From contig OZ223236.1 of NCBI GenBank assembly GCA_965140445.1, positions 96,001-160,000 of the forward strand: DNA of 64,000 bases. Reading direction: 5' to 3'. The stretch comes from Candidatus Ozemobacteraceae bacterium (lineage in GTDB: Bacteria; Muiribacteriota; Ozemobacteria; Ozemobacterales; Ozemobacteraceae). How positions within the stretch are numbered: position 1 is the first letter of the stretch; each line of letters starts with the position of its first letter. This document shows, one piece after another, positions 48,688 through 58,366 of the stretch. The position numbers were made by a program, and so were the translations under genes. The notes beneath the pieces were generated by a model, which had not been told where the DNA came from, made no database searches, and worked only from the letters and a program-made list of their open reading frames with translations.

Positions 48688-49422
48688 CTAACCAAACAAT
48701 ATTGGCAAAATTGCTTTTACGAAAATAAACAACGCAATCATGGATGCCACGGCAAAAATTATATAGCCTTTGTATTGATTAAAGCCAGAATAAGGTACAA
48801 TCGCAAATGTCCATTTTCCATTTTCATCAAGTTTAGCAACGGCATTGGATTCGTCATTTGATGGGATGAAATTTGCGTCTACCAGTTTGGCAAAGTTCTG
48901 TGCAATTTGGTTCAGGGAAGTGAAAAAGCTCTTCTGACTCTTTGTTACCGCAACAACCCTTCCTGTATTTGTAACCATTACTACCTGGTGGGCCCACCAG
49001 TATTTTCCCATGTTCTTCTCTCTTCGTGCAGTTACTGAAACTGCGCAAATATCAGAAAAGTGCGCTACAATTCCACCCCTTTTATACCCAAAAAATCCGA
49101 ATCTATAGGTAAGGGCTTTTTTTGTTCCATCAAGGATATAGTTTAAATACGATCCTTTATAGCCCATTAAACACCCAATAAATAATACTAGACCAAAAAG
49201 CAATGGGGCAAGGGCGACCGCAGATGGCCCCACATAAAAGAACATCCCTCCAGCAAAAGCCACAAATCCTCCAATTGCCATACCCGAAACAAAAACCGGA
49301 GTCAAAAATGATTCTGTTTCAAGTTCTAATTGAGCTGGGACATCCCCACCTATTTTAAGAAGAGCCGAAGCCTTTGCCAGTTTGGTATTCTTCAGATTCC
49401 ACGAGATATCTTTTTGTTCCAT
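48688..49422 (-). CDS. membrane protein
   Basis: 3 TM segments; AGGA upstream. Confidence 0.75.
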   Translation of the reverse strand: MEQKDISWNLKNTKLAKASALLKIGGDVPAQLELETESFLTPVFVSGMAIGGFVAFAGGMFFYVGPSAVALAPLLFGLVLFIGCLMGYKGSYLNYILDGTKKALTYRFGFFGYKRGGIVAHFSDICAVSVTARREKNMGKYWWAHQVVMVTNTGRVVAVTKSQKSFFTSLNQIAQNFAKLVDANFIPSNDESNAVAKLDENGKWTFAIVPYSGFNQYKGYIIFAVASMIALFIFVKAILPILFG

Positions 49423-49462
49423 CTTAAATCCTATTTCAAAATTAAAATGCCTTTTGCAGGCT

Positions 49463-50479
49463 CTAATTCGACAATTTGCGCTTTGCCGAAATCAGATAAA
49501 GAGCTTTTCGCTTAACAATGGCAGCCAGAGCTATCAGCATCTTTTTGGCCGTCAAGAAATCCGGCTTCTGACTTAAACTTCTTTTTAGTTGGGAGAGAGC
49601 CCTTACGGGGCTTTTTATCAAGTTCCCGAACCAAACCCGCCAAAATCTATCCGCGGCGTCTTGCGACACCTCCAAAGACAAGCAATTGCACTTTTCGACA
49701 AAGGCTTCATACAAAGAACACAGACTTTCAAGGCTGTTTTGTTCCTTCGATTCTTCAACAAATTCTGCGCGATATGAATTTATGCATTCCTGAACAACTT
49801 TTCGCTGCTGTTCATTCTTTCTTGAGGTAATACTCGAATTTACCACACGGGATAAAACCAGCGGTTGAGCCATAACATGCATTTTGCCACGATTTCGTAG
49901 TCGATGCCAGAACTCAATATCCTGCGCATAACGGCATTCTGAATCATAACGCAGCCCATTTTTCTTTAAAACTTCAGCTTTTAACAAAACTGAGGTATGA
50001 ATAAAATAATTCTCAGGAAAAAGCATTCGCCAGCGAAGCAGATCATCGTTAAGATCTTTGTCTGCGGGGAAAAATGGCATCGAAAAATTGCAGTTCTCCC
50101 CGGCCTCGTCAATAAAAAGGCAGTTTGTACCTAATAGTAAAATTTCAGGGTTTTCTTCCATGAACCGGGTCTGTTTTTTTAATCTCTCCGGAAGCGAAAT
50201 ATCATCAGAATCCATTCTGGCAATAAACTTGCCCTCGCAAAGTTCAAGCATATTGTTTAAAGAACGTGTCAAGCCTATATTCTCGGGATTTCGAATCAAT
50301 TTAATTCTGGAATCTTCATAACTGGAAATTATCTCCACGCTTTCATCAGCAGAGCAATCATCGGTTATCAAGAATTCAAAATCTCCGCAATCCTGGTCAA
50401 GAATGCTTTCAATCGCAGGACGTAAAAATTTTGCCCCATTGTATACCGACATTATTACACTTACTAAAGGCCTTGCCAA
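49463..50479 (-). CDS. family 2 glycosyltransferase
   Basis: VSVIMSVYNG, DDCSAD, ARMDSDD. Confidence 0.93.
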   Translation of the reverse strand: MARPLVSVIMSVYNGAKFLRPAIESILDQDCGDFEFLITDDCSADESVEIISSYEDSRIKLIRNPENIGLTRSLNNMLELCEGKFIARMDSDDISLPERLKKQTRFMEENPEILLLGTNCLFIDEAGENCNFSMPFFPADKDLNDDLLRWRMLFPENYFIHTSVLLKAEVLKKNGLRYDSECRYAQDIEFWHRLRNRGKMHVMAQPLVLSRVVNSSITSRKNEQQRKVVQECINSYRAEFVEESKEQNSLESLCSLYEAFVEKCNCLSLEVSQDAADRFWRVWFGNLIKSPVRALSQLKRSLSQKPDFLTAKKMLIALAAIVKRKALYLISAKRKLSN

Positions 50480-50482
50480 ACT

Positions 50483-52321
50483 TTAAGCCCCCAATTCAGA
50501 AACGGGATTCTGCTCCAACCACAGAGCAAGAACCAGCAAACTCCAGGTTTTATAGTCATTTCCGGCAGCGAATTTTGCAACTGCTTCAGGCTCGAGAATA
50601 GAATTAATTACAGCTGATTTGCTTTTCAAACAACGTTCAATAACCGGAGCCATTCCTGGCAATTTAAGCCATTCACCAACAGGCGCGCCAAAGCCTTGTT
50701 TACCATGACTTTGCACTTTTTTGGGCCAATTCCTTGAATATGCTTTGCGAAGAAGGTATTTAGTCTGCCCCTTTTTAAGCTTCAATGATGAGGGCAATTT
50801 CAGGCAAAACTCAGACAATTCCACATCAAGGAAAGGGGCACGAAGCTCTAAACTGTTGGCCATTGCAGCTCGATCGGTTTTAACAAGAATATTGCCCGGC
50901 ATATAGTTTCCGGAATCAAATCTCATTGCTTCGTTGAGAATATCGCTTCCAGTGATTTCTGGCATTACATCACTATCAACTTTTAATCCCAGACTCATAA
51001 GGTCTGAATCCGAGAAATAAACATTCAAATTAGAAATAAGCCTGGAAAAATCCGGGTATTTTCCTTTTAGTGAAATCCCCTGAGCTCTCAAAGAATAATC
51101 GAGGTTTTGATCAGCTCCCGCATAGCGCATTGCTTTCGCTACGACCTTCCAGAGAAAAGAGAGTTTTGAATCCAGCGCACTGGCCTTAACTGCTCCCTGC
51201 AAAATTCTATAGCGATTATAACCGCCCAGCAGCTCGTCTCCAGCGTCTCCACCCAGCACAACTTTTACGTGTTTTACCGCTTCTTTCGAAATTAGATAGG
51301 TGGGAATGTTTGAACTGTCAGCGAATGGCTCATCGTAAATCCCGGTCATCTGCTGCAGAAGCTCTGGAATATCGAAATCCCGGGCAAACAGCTCAGTATG
51401 TTCAGTCTGGTATTTGTCGGCAATGGCTCGGGCGAAAGGCAGCTCATTGATGCTATCGCCAAAACCAAAACTGAAGGTTTTCAGCTTCTTACCGGCCTTT
51501 GAGGCCGCAGCAACAATTGAGCTGGAATCCAGGCCGCCACTCAAAAAGATTCCAACCGGAACATCAGCCACAAGCTGCTTATCAACGGACTTTTCCAGAA
51601 GTCGTTCAAGTTCTGCGGCGGCTTCGTTTTCATCTATTTTCAGGTTTTCATGGGGGATTTCCCAGTAGCTGGAAACAGATAACTGACCATTCTTATACTC
51701 CATGCAATGGCCAGGCGGCAGAACCTTGATGTTGGAGTAAATTGTCGTATTCGGGTGCACATACAAATGGCGCAGATAATGATTCAAAGAACTATAACAA
51801 AGCTTTGGCTGAATCATCTTCGAAGCAAGAATTGTCTTAATTTCGCTGGCGAAAATCAGCTTCCCACATTCTGTCTGCGCATAATAAAAAGGCTTTTCTC
51901 CAAAACGATCGCGAGCACAAAACAGGCTCCGATTTTTTTCATCCCAGATTGCAAATGCAAACATCCCGGGAAGATGCTTCATCATGCTTGTTCCGTGGGC
52001 TTTATAGAGGTTTAATACAACCTCGGTGTCTGAACTGGTTCTAAATTGGTAATCCACTGCAAGGCGGTCCATTATGGCTTGATAGCCGTAAATCTCACCA
52101 TTGAAAGTTATGGCAAGATCCTCGTCTTCGCTCAGCATCGGCTGGTGGCCAGTAGACAAATCAATAATACTCAAGCGAACATGACCAAGAGCGCATTGCT
52201 CAAATAGCTTCACCCCGTTTCCATCGGGCCCTCTATGCCCCATGGAATCAACCATTCTTGAAATTGTCTGTTTGTCGTCAGAGTTAATGCCTTGTCCAAC
52301 GATCCCGGTTATGCCACACAT
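50483..52321 (-). CDS. asnB: asparagine synthase (glutamine-hydrolysing) family amidotransferase
   Basis: N-terminal MCGI, HRGPDG, LSGGLDSS; adjacent GT2 suggests glycan amidation. Confidence 0.92.
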   Translation of the reverse strand: MCGITGIVGQGINSDDKQTISRMVDSMGHRGPDGNGVKLFEQCALGHVRLSIIDLSTGHQPMLSEDEDLAITFNGEIYGYQAIMDRLAVDYQFRTSSDTEVVLNLYKAHGTSMMKHLPGMFAFAIWDEKNRSLFCARDRFGEKPFYYAQTECGKLIFASEIKTILASKMIQPKLCYSSLNHYLRHLYVHPNTTIYSNIKVLPPGHCMEYKNGQLSVSSYWEIPHENLKIDENEAAAELERLLEKSVDKQLVADVPVGIFLSGGLDSSSIVAAASKAGKKLKTFSFGFGDSINELPFARAIADKYQTEHTELFARDFDIPELLQQMTGIYDEPFADSSNIPTYLISKEAVKHVKVVLGGDAGDELLGGYNRYRILQGAVKASALDSKLSFLWKVVAKAMRYAGADQNLDYSLRAQGISLKGKYPDFSRLISNLNVYFSDSDLMSLGLKVDSDVMPEITGSDILNEAMRFDSGNYMPGNILVKTDRAAMANSLELRAPFLDVELSEFCLKLPSSLKLKKGQTKYLLRKAYSRNWPKKVQSHGKQGFGAPVGEWLKLPGMAPVIERCLKSKSAVINSILEPEAVAKFAAGNDYKTWSLLVLALWLEQNPVSELGA

Positions 52322-52404
52322 ATGCTTCTCCTGCAGAAGGTAAGCAATTATAGCATAAGAGGATCAGAAGAGTTGGAGAAAGGAAAGAATTTTGCTATTG
52401 ACAG

Positions 52405-52443
52405 AAAAAAACTCCCCCAGCGCTTCATTTCGGCGCCGGGGGA
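52405..52443 (-). terminator. intrinsic terminator
   Basis: TCCCCCGGCGC/GCGCTGGGGGA stem plus T7 on the minus strand. Confidence 0.75.
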
Positions 52444-52481
52444 ATTCAGCTTATTCTTACAAAGTTTTAAATTTTGTTTTT

Positions 52482-53084
52482 TTAGAATGGTCCAGGAATC
52501 ATTGGAGCATCAAAATCTATGCCTTTAACAAGGGTGTTGTCATCAACAAGCTGGAAAAGCTGATTTTCTGGATCTGCCTGGAGAGAATAAAAAGTTACAG
52601 TTGCGTGTGTGTAACCAGGATTCTGCATTTTAAGTTTTGAAGCGATTTCTGGAGCTGTTTTGCCAACATTTGCTTCAAGAGCTTTGCGAATATTGGGGAA
52701 TTTTTTGGTATAGATTCCAACTTTTTCAGCTTTCTTTTCGCCATTGGCAATTTTACCGAAAACATATCTTACGGTAATGTTTTTTAAGAAGTCACCAGCA
52801 TAAGGAGCTTTGGTCAAAAAGCTTGAAATATTACTGGAATTGCCAGCAAAAATTACGAAAATCTTGTGTCTTTTAAAGATAAGGCCCTTTTCAACTTCAA
52901 TTGTCTGAAGCATTTCGCCATTTGGCCAACCTTTAACAAGCTGTTCAATATTAAAAACTTCTCTGCGAAGATCTTTTAATTTTCTTCCTTCAACTATTAC
53001 ATAACCATAAGTAGCAGCCTGAGCGGCCACAGTTACAGCTAGAAGCATCGCAACCATCAACAAACAAAATCTAAGTTTTTTCAT
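52482..53084 (-). CDS. exported hypothetical protein
   Basis: AGGAGG RBS; signal peptide ending AQA. Confidence 0.85.
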   Translation of the reverse strand: MKKLRFCLLMVAMLLAVTVAAQAATYGYVIVEGRKLKDLRREVFNIEQLVKGWPNGEMLQTIEVEKGLIFKRHKIFVIFAGNSSNISSFLTKAPYAGDFLKNITVRYVFGKIANGEKKAEKVGIYTKKFPNIRKALEANVGKTAPEIASKLKMQNPGYTHATVTFYSLQADPENQLFQLVDDNTLVKGIDFDAPMIPGPF

Positions 53085-53115
53085 TTATTTAGTCCCTCCT
53101 GTCGAATATTTTTCT

Positions 53116-53144
53116 ATTGTACAGACTTTCAGTTGATCGCGCAA
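53116..53144 (-). promoter_or_regulatory. sigma70-type promoter TTGCGC-N17-TACAAT
   Basis: 17-bp spacer, upstream of 53084. Confidence 0.5.
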
Positions 53145-53266
53145 TATCCTGAACAAACTTCTGGTACAAATTCTATCTTTTCATTTCCGAAATATAGGCT
53201 GATTTTGAGAAGATTTTGCATTATAATCGTCACAGATAAAATATATAGAAATAGCAAGGCAAGGAA

Positions 53267-55042
53267 ATGCAAATAGACAAATCATTCAAACGCAGCACCA
53301 TAAAAATTAGGACCAGAACAGTTATTTCCATAACGATTTTTTTCCTTATAGCTCAACTCTTTTTTTCAGGTATTATACGGCTACATGCAGAGACTACTTC
53401 TGATGAAAAGGTTGGCTCTGAAACCATAGTCAATTTGCCCATCTTTTTGGCACCAATAGTCTGTGATTTCAGCGAAACAAGCTGTACGGTTAAAATCCCC
53501 GAAACCATAGCACAAGGTAATTCGCAAGAATTTCAATTAAGAATCAACTCAGCTCCGATTTTTTCAAAGTCCATGGATAGAGAATTCCATATCACCGATC
53601 TTGCTTCCGGGACAGAATATAAAATAGATTATCTAGTTTACGAAGACGGAAACCAGATAGGAGTGTCGTCCACAACAAAAGTCATTACGATTCCGGATGC
53701 CCCATCCTTTTTAGCTGGTGGTCAGGTTAACGACAATTCTGTAGATCTTTATTGGTCTGATACGTCTGGAGCATTTGGTTATCACATTTACCGGGACCAG
53801 AAAGAACTGATTTCCTCCCATCCGGCCTCTGAAACCTCTACAAATCTGACAAATCTTGTTCCCGGTGACACACTCAACTTACAAATTGTTGCCTTCAACG
53901 ATGCGGGAGTTTCTGTTTTTTCGGAATCCACAATTATCAAGGTTCCTGCAATTAATCTTGAAATAAGTGAAATAACTCAAACCTCTGCTACCCTCTCCTG
54001 GAGCAGCGTAAAAGACGCACTCTCATACGGGATTATTATTTCTGATAGCTTCAACAGTCGAGCCATGATAGGTCCATTGGACGTAAGAACAACATCTTAC
54101 GTTATAGCTTCTGGTACACCGGGAGAATTCTTTTCAGTCCAGATTGTTGCCAGCATGACAATTGACGATCTGGTTATTTCACGTGAGGTAAGATCACAAC
54201 TCATTCCAGAAACTCCCATTGAGCCATGGATAAGCAAAGTCGGGAATGAAAAATACCTGCTTAAATGGTTTCCAGTAATGGGAACAGACTATTATAAGGT
54301 TTTCATGAATGGGATAAACCCGATTTCTCAGATCCCTGCACCTTGCACCGAAGCCATAATAGAACTTCCCGCGAATTCTGACAGGGAAATTCAGTTATCT
54401 GTTATTGCGGCAAACAAATCCGGAGAATCTCCAAATTCTCCACCACTAAAGATTCGCCTGAATTATGATGAATTAATTGAGCTTGAGCAAAAGGAAAAAT
54501 CCATAATTGCAACAAGCTCAACTCCAATTAGTTTATTAGAAATTGGAGAAACTATTCCAAACTTTTCGTTATTAACCAGCACTGGAAGTGACTTTGATTT
54601 TTATCAAAACACAAGCAAGTGTCAGCTATTTATGTTCCTGGAGCCTGGAAACTCTGAAAATGAGAAATCAAAACGAGCTGCAGCAAAATCTCTGATTATT
54701 TCAGCCGGAATGGAAGGGCTTCCCATTATCCACATTAAATCTCAGCTTGAAGAGCCAATAATTGGCTCCAAAGAATATCCTTCAGGTTATTACTTTAACA
54801 GCCTTAACGATGCAGAAAATCTCGTTGCTGATAAAATTTTTAAAATACAACACCGTCCAACGATTGTTCTGGTGGACAAAAGCCGTAGAGTAGTCGCTAT
54901 AGACACCGTCAGCTCTCCAGAAAATATGATTCCAAGAATAATGGAAAAAGTTAGCAAACTGGGTTATTGCAACAACTTGGGATGCGTTGTCAGGTATAAG
55001 CTAATTACAAATTTCAAGAAACTGCACAAAGAAGAAAATTGA
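53267..55042 (+). CDS. exported fibronectin type III repeat protein with C-terminal redoxin-like domain
   Basis: FN3 motifs (LASGTEY, VDLYW, VAFNDAG, ATLSW, AANKSGES); IGETIPNFSL...PTIVLVD. Confidence 0.75.
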   Translation: MQIDKSFKRSTIKIRTRTVISITIFFLIAQLFFSGIIRLHAETTSDEKVGSETIVNLPIFLAPIVCDFSETSCTVKIPETIAQGNSQEFQLRINSAPIFSKSMDREFHITDLASGTEYKIDYLVYEDGNQIGVSSTTKVITIPDAPSFLAGGQVNDNSVDLYWSDTSGAFGYHIYRDQKELISSHPASETSTNLTNLVPGDTLNLQIVAFNDAGVSVFSESTIIKVPAINLEISEITQTSATLSWSSVKDALSYGIIISDSFNSRAMIGPLDVRTTSYVIASGTPGEFFSVQIVASMTIDDLVISREVRSQLIPETPIEPWISKVGNEKYLLKWFPVMGTDYYKVFMNGINPISQIPAPCTEAIIELPANSDREIQLSVIAANKSGESPNSPPLKIRLNYDELIELEQKEKSIIATSSTPISLLEIGETIPNFSLLTSTGSDFDFYQNTSKCQLFMFLEPGNSENEKSKRAAAKSLIISAGMEGLPIIHIKSQLEEPIIGSKEYPSGYYFNSLNDAENLVADKIFKIQHRPTIVLVDKSRRVVAIDTVSSPENMIPRIMEKVSKLGYCNNLGCVVRYKLITNFKKLHKEEN

Positions 55043-55145
55043 AAACTTCTTCATTAAAATATCTATGTTCAGTACGCAACGAATTAAGTTTAGGCGCTTA
55101 GACTAAGGGTTATTGAAAAGTCTGTATTTATGGTATTATTAAGCC

Positions 55146-55682
55146 ATGAGTAACTTTGAAATACGAGATGCGAACATTGATGACTGTACAGCAATTGCAA
55201 AAGTGCATATTGACTCGTGGTTTTCCACATATTGTAGAATTCTTCCAATTGATTTTTTAAAGGAAAACAGCAACACACAAAAGTGGGAAGCTATATGGAA
55301 GAACGCTCTCGCACAAAAATCCAAAGAGAAAATAATAAAAGTAGCTGAGAGAGACGGTAGAATAAAGGGCTATATAAACTGTAGCAAGACTTTTACTGAA
55401 GAGTTAAAAAATGCTGCTGACTTTGAAATTCATGGCCTGTATCTTATAAAGTCTGCTCAAAGAGCAGGATTGGGAAAAGCTCTTTTTCAAGCTGCCGCAA
55501 AAGAGCTAGTTGATTTGAATGTTTCTTCGATTGGCTTGTGGGTTTTTAATGAAAACGATGCGGTGTCTTTCTACAAAAAGCTTGGGGGAGAAGAACTCCC
55601 AATAAAAGCACCAGTAAAAATACAATCCATTAATTTTCAGAGAAAGTTCTTCATTTGGAAAAATCTGCTAGAAATGCTGTAG
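55146..55682 (+). CDS. GNAT acetyltransferase
   Basis: IAKVHIDSW, QRAGLGKAL, AVSFYKKLGG. Confidence 0.9.
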   Translation: MSNFEIRDANIDDCTAIAKVHIDSWFSTYCRILPIDFLKENSNTQKWEAIWKNALAQKSKEKIIKVAERDGRIKGYINCSKTFTEELKNAADFEIHGLYLIKSAQRAGLGKALFQAAAKELVDLNVSSIGLWVFNENDAVSFYKKLGGEELPIKAPVKIQSINFQRKFFIWKNLLEML

Positions 55683-55870
55683 GGTTCAAGCTGCTTCAGT
55701 AAATCTAATGATTTCACCAACAAAAATCTCATATTTAGTAAAGTCCTTTACAAATATGGTCTTAACTAAGAACGCATGATATAATTTAATCAGATAGAGA
55801 AATAAATACGGGGCATATTAATCTGAAGCAATTGTAGTTAAACTTAAAGCCCCTTTAAGGGGTTAGTTGC

Positions 55871-57607
55871 TTGTCAGATAAATCGGACAACCAGGAAAAT
55901 TTAAAATTTCGCCGGGACAAGGTTATAGGACTAGGCGAAAAGTCGGTGCGGAAAAACTATTATCCGCAGTTACAAAGCAGAATCCAGGATCTGGAACAGA
56001 CGAACAGGCTTTTAAATCAACAAATTGCAGAAAGAAAAACGATTGAAGCAGAGCTACGAATCAGTGAAGAGCGCTTTCGCAACTTAACCGAAAACACAAC
56101 AGACCTTGTCTGGGAGATAGACTCAGACTTTTGTTATTCCTATGTTAGTCCAAAAGTCCTTGAACTTTTGGGATACACCGCAAATGAAGTTGTTGGGCAA
56201 AGCTTCTTTAACCTTTTTAACATCGAAAATTCCGATTCAAGGGAGTCGGGCTATTTCAAAGATAGCTTTGAGCAATTCAAACCATTTTCAGGGTTTGAGC
56301 GTTCGCTGACTCATAAAGATGGAAGAATCATAACACTGGAAAGCAGCGCCATCCCAATTCTGGACTCAAACAACAGATTATCTGGCTACCGCGGAATTGA
56401 TAGAGATATAACCGAGAAAAAGAAAAATCTTGCTACCCGAAAGTCACTTGAAGATCAATTACAAAGATCTCAGAAACTTGAATCTCTCGGAACATTAGCT
56501 GGTGGAATTGCCCATGATTTCAACAATATTTTAACCCCAATTCTTGGATTTGCTGAACTGGCGCATCTACAGTTACCCGCAGACAGTAAACTAAAACCTG
56601 GAATAGAACAAATTGTCCTCGCAGCAGGAAGAGCAAAAGAGCTGGTAAAACAAATTTTAGATTTTTCCCGTCCTTCTCAGAGTGAATTTATTAACTTAAA
56701 CTTATCAAGCATTGTGAAAGAAGCCCTAAAGCTTCTTAGATCCACGCTGCCAGCCTCCATTAAGATTCATTTCGACATTCAATCAGATGCCGGTATCGTT
56801 CTCGCCGATCCAACCAAAATACATCAGGTGATAATGAATCTATGCACCAATGCTTATCACGCAATGAAAGAAAAAGGTGGAGAACTCGCGATTTCGCTGC
56901 GTTCTGTTGACATTGAAGCACATGATGCAAAGCTTATTGGAGTCGGCTTAATCGCAGGATCATACGTCAAAATAGAAGTATCGGATACTGGTCATGGCAT
57001 GAATCGACAAACTGTTGAAAGGATTTTTGATCCATATTTCACCACAAAAAAACCAGGAGAAGGTACTGGCTTAGGTCTGGCGGTAGTTCATGGAATTATA
57101 AAAAACCATCAAGGCTATATAAATTGCTATAGCGAAATTCATATTGGAACTTCTTTCCATATTTATCTTCCAAAATCGAATTCCGCTGGCGAACATATTC
57201 AAACCACGGAAAATATTTTTATTCCACGTGGTACAGAAAGCATTATGATCGTTGACGATGAAAAACAGATCTGCGACTTCATGATACAGTGCCTGTCAGA
57301 ATTGGGATATACAGCTACAGCTTTCCAAACCCCTCAAGAAGCTCTTGCTGCTTTTCAATCGGCTCCAGAAAGCTATGACATGGTAATTTCCGACATGACA
57401 ATGCCTTCATTAAATGGGCTTCAACTATCCAGATTTATCCTTGAAAGAAATCCCGATCTACCAATAATTATTTGTTCCGGATTTAGTGACCTGATAAATG
57501 ATGAAAAAGCCAAGGTTCTTGGAATAAAAAAATATTTAATGAAACCCATTAGAAGGAAAGATCTGGCGCAAACTGTCAGAAAATTTCTTGATGAAAAAAA
57601 AGTGTAA
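55871..57607 (+). CDS. PAS hybrid sensor histidine kinase with ErcS-like N-terminus
   Basis: IGLGEKSVRKNYYPQL; GGIAHDFNN; FDPYFTTK; REC domain. Confidence 0.93.
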   Translation: MSDKSDNQENLKFRRDKVIGLGEKSVRKNYYPQLQSRIQDLEQTNRLLNQQIAERKTIEAELRISEERFRNLTENTTDLVWEIDSDFCYSYVSPKVLELLGYTANEVVGQSFFNLFNIENSDSRESGYFKDSFEQFKPFSGFERSLTHKDGRIITLESSAIPILDSNNRLSGYRGIDRDITEKKKNLATRKSLEDQLQRSQKLESLGTLAGGIAHDFNNILTPILGFAELAHLQLPADSKLKPGIEQIVLAAGRAKELVKQILDFSRPSQSEFINLNLSSIVKEALKLLRSTLPASIKIHFDIQSDAGIVLADPTKIHQVIMNLCTNAYHAMKEKGGELAISLRSVDIEAHDAKLIGVGLIAGSYVKIEVSDTGHGMNRQTVERIFDPYFTTKKPGEGTGLGLAVVHGIIKNHQGYINCYSEIHIGTSFHIYLPKSNSAGEHIQTTENIFIPRGTESIMIVDDEKQICDFMIQCLSELGYTATAFQTPQEALAAFQSAPESYDMVISDMTMPSLNGLQLSRFILERNPDLPIIICSGFSDLINDEKAKVLGIKKYLMKPIRRKDLAQTVRKFLDEKKV

Positions 57608-57649
57608 TCCAAATCCCGGATTAGTTATTTGAAAGGTTAAATATTACAA

Positions 57650-58132
57650 ATGAAAAAGCTGGTTGTTTTTTATTCACTCGAAGGAAACACTAAACTTATC
57701 GCTAAAACAATAGCAGATGAGCTAGGCGCAGATTTGCTTGAGCTTATTCCTGAAAAGGACATTAGCCCAACAGGCTTCATGAGGTTTGTCTGGGGTGGAA
57801 AAGCAGCTTTAATGAAAGAGTCCCCGAAGCTAAAACCATTTGAGATTAATCCAGAGAATTATGACTACATTTTCCTCGGCACTCCCGTTTGGGCATTCAC
57901 TTATGCTCCGCCATTCAATACGTTTTTTAAGCAGTTCAAGCTGACTAATAAAAAAATAGCTCTGTTTTGCTGCCATGGTGGCGGAAAGGGAAAAGTCTTT
58001 ACGAACCTGAAGAAAGAGCTTTCCAATAATGAGATTACCGGCGAAATAGACTTCATAGATCCACTAAAAAATATTCCAGAAAACTGCCAGAAATCAGCCT
58101 TAAGCTGGGCTACCGAATTGATGAAAAAGTAA
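57650..58132 (+). CDS. flavodoxin family protein
   Basis: YSLEGNTK, LGTPVW, FCCHGG. Confidence 0.88.
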   Translation: MKKLVVFYSLEGNTKLIAKTIADELGADLLELIPEKDISPTGFMRFVWGGKAALMKESPKLKPFEINPENYDYIFLGTPVWAFTYAPPFNTFFKQFKLTNKKIALFCCHGGGKGKVFTNLKKELSNNEITGEIDFIDPLKNIPENCQKSALSWATELMKK

Positions 58133-58308
58133 GCTGTTGTAGTCTTTTAATTTTGTAATTTCTATGGCGGTCACTGCGAAGCTCATTAGTGATTGAAATT
58201 GTAAAAAACTGTTTTAAAAAATGTAATCCAAAGCATTTAAACATGAGACTTTGCAACTAAGTCAGTTTAGCAATCCCTTTTCAGATTTGCTTTTTAAAGC
58301 TTTTGTAT

Positions 58309-58338
58309 TTGACAGTTCAATTTTCAAAACCTTATACT
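58309..58338 (+). promoter_or_regulatory. sigma70-type promoter TTGACA-N18-TATACT
   Basis: near-consensus hexamers upstream of 58367. Confidence 0.55.
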
Positions 58339-58366
58339 GAGTCAAATTTTCAAGATTAAGGGTGAG

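Noticed and set aside
58133..58366. Lysine riboswitch upstream of the LKR-type gene
   Set aside because: No L-box conserved elements seen, and the likely promoter leaves only a ~25-nt leader.
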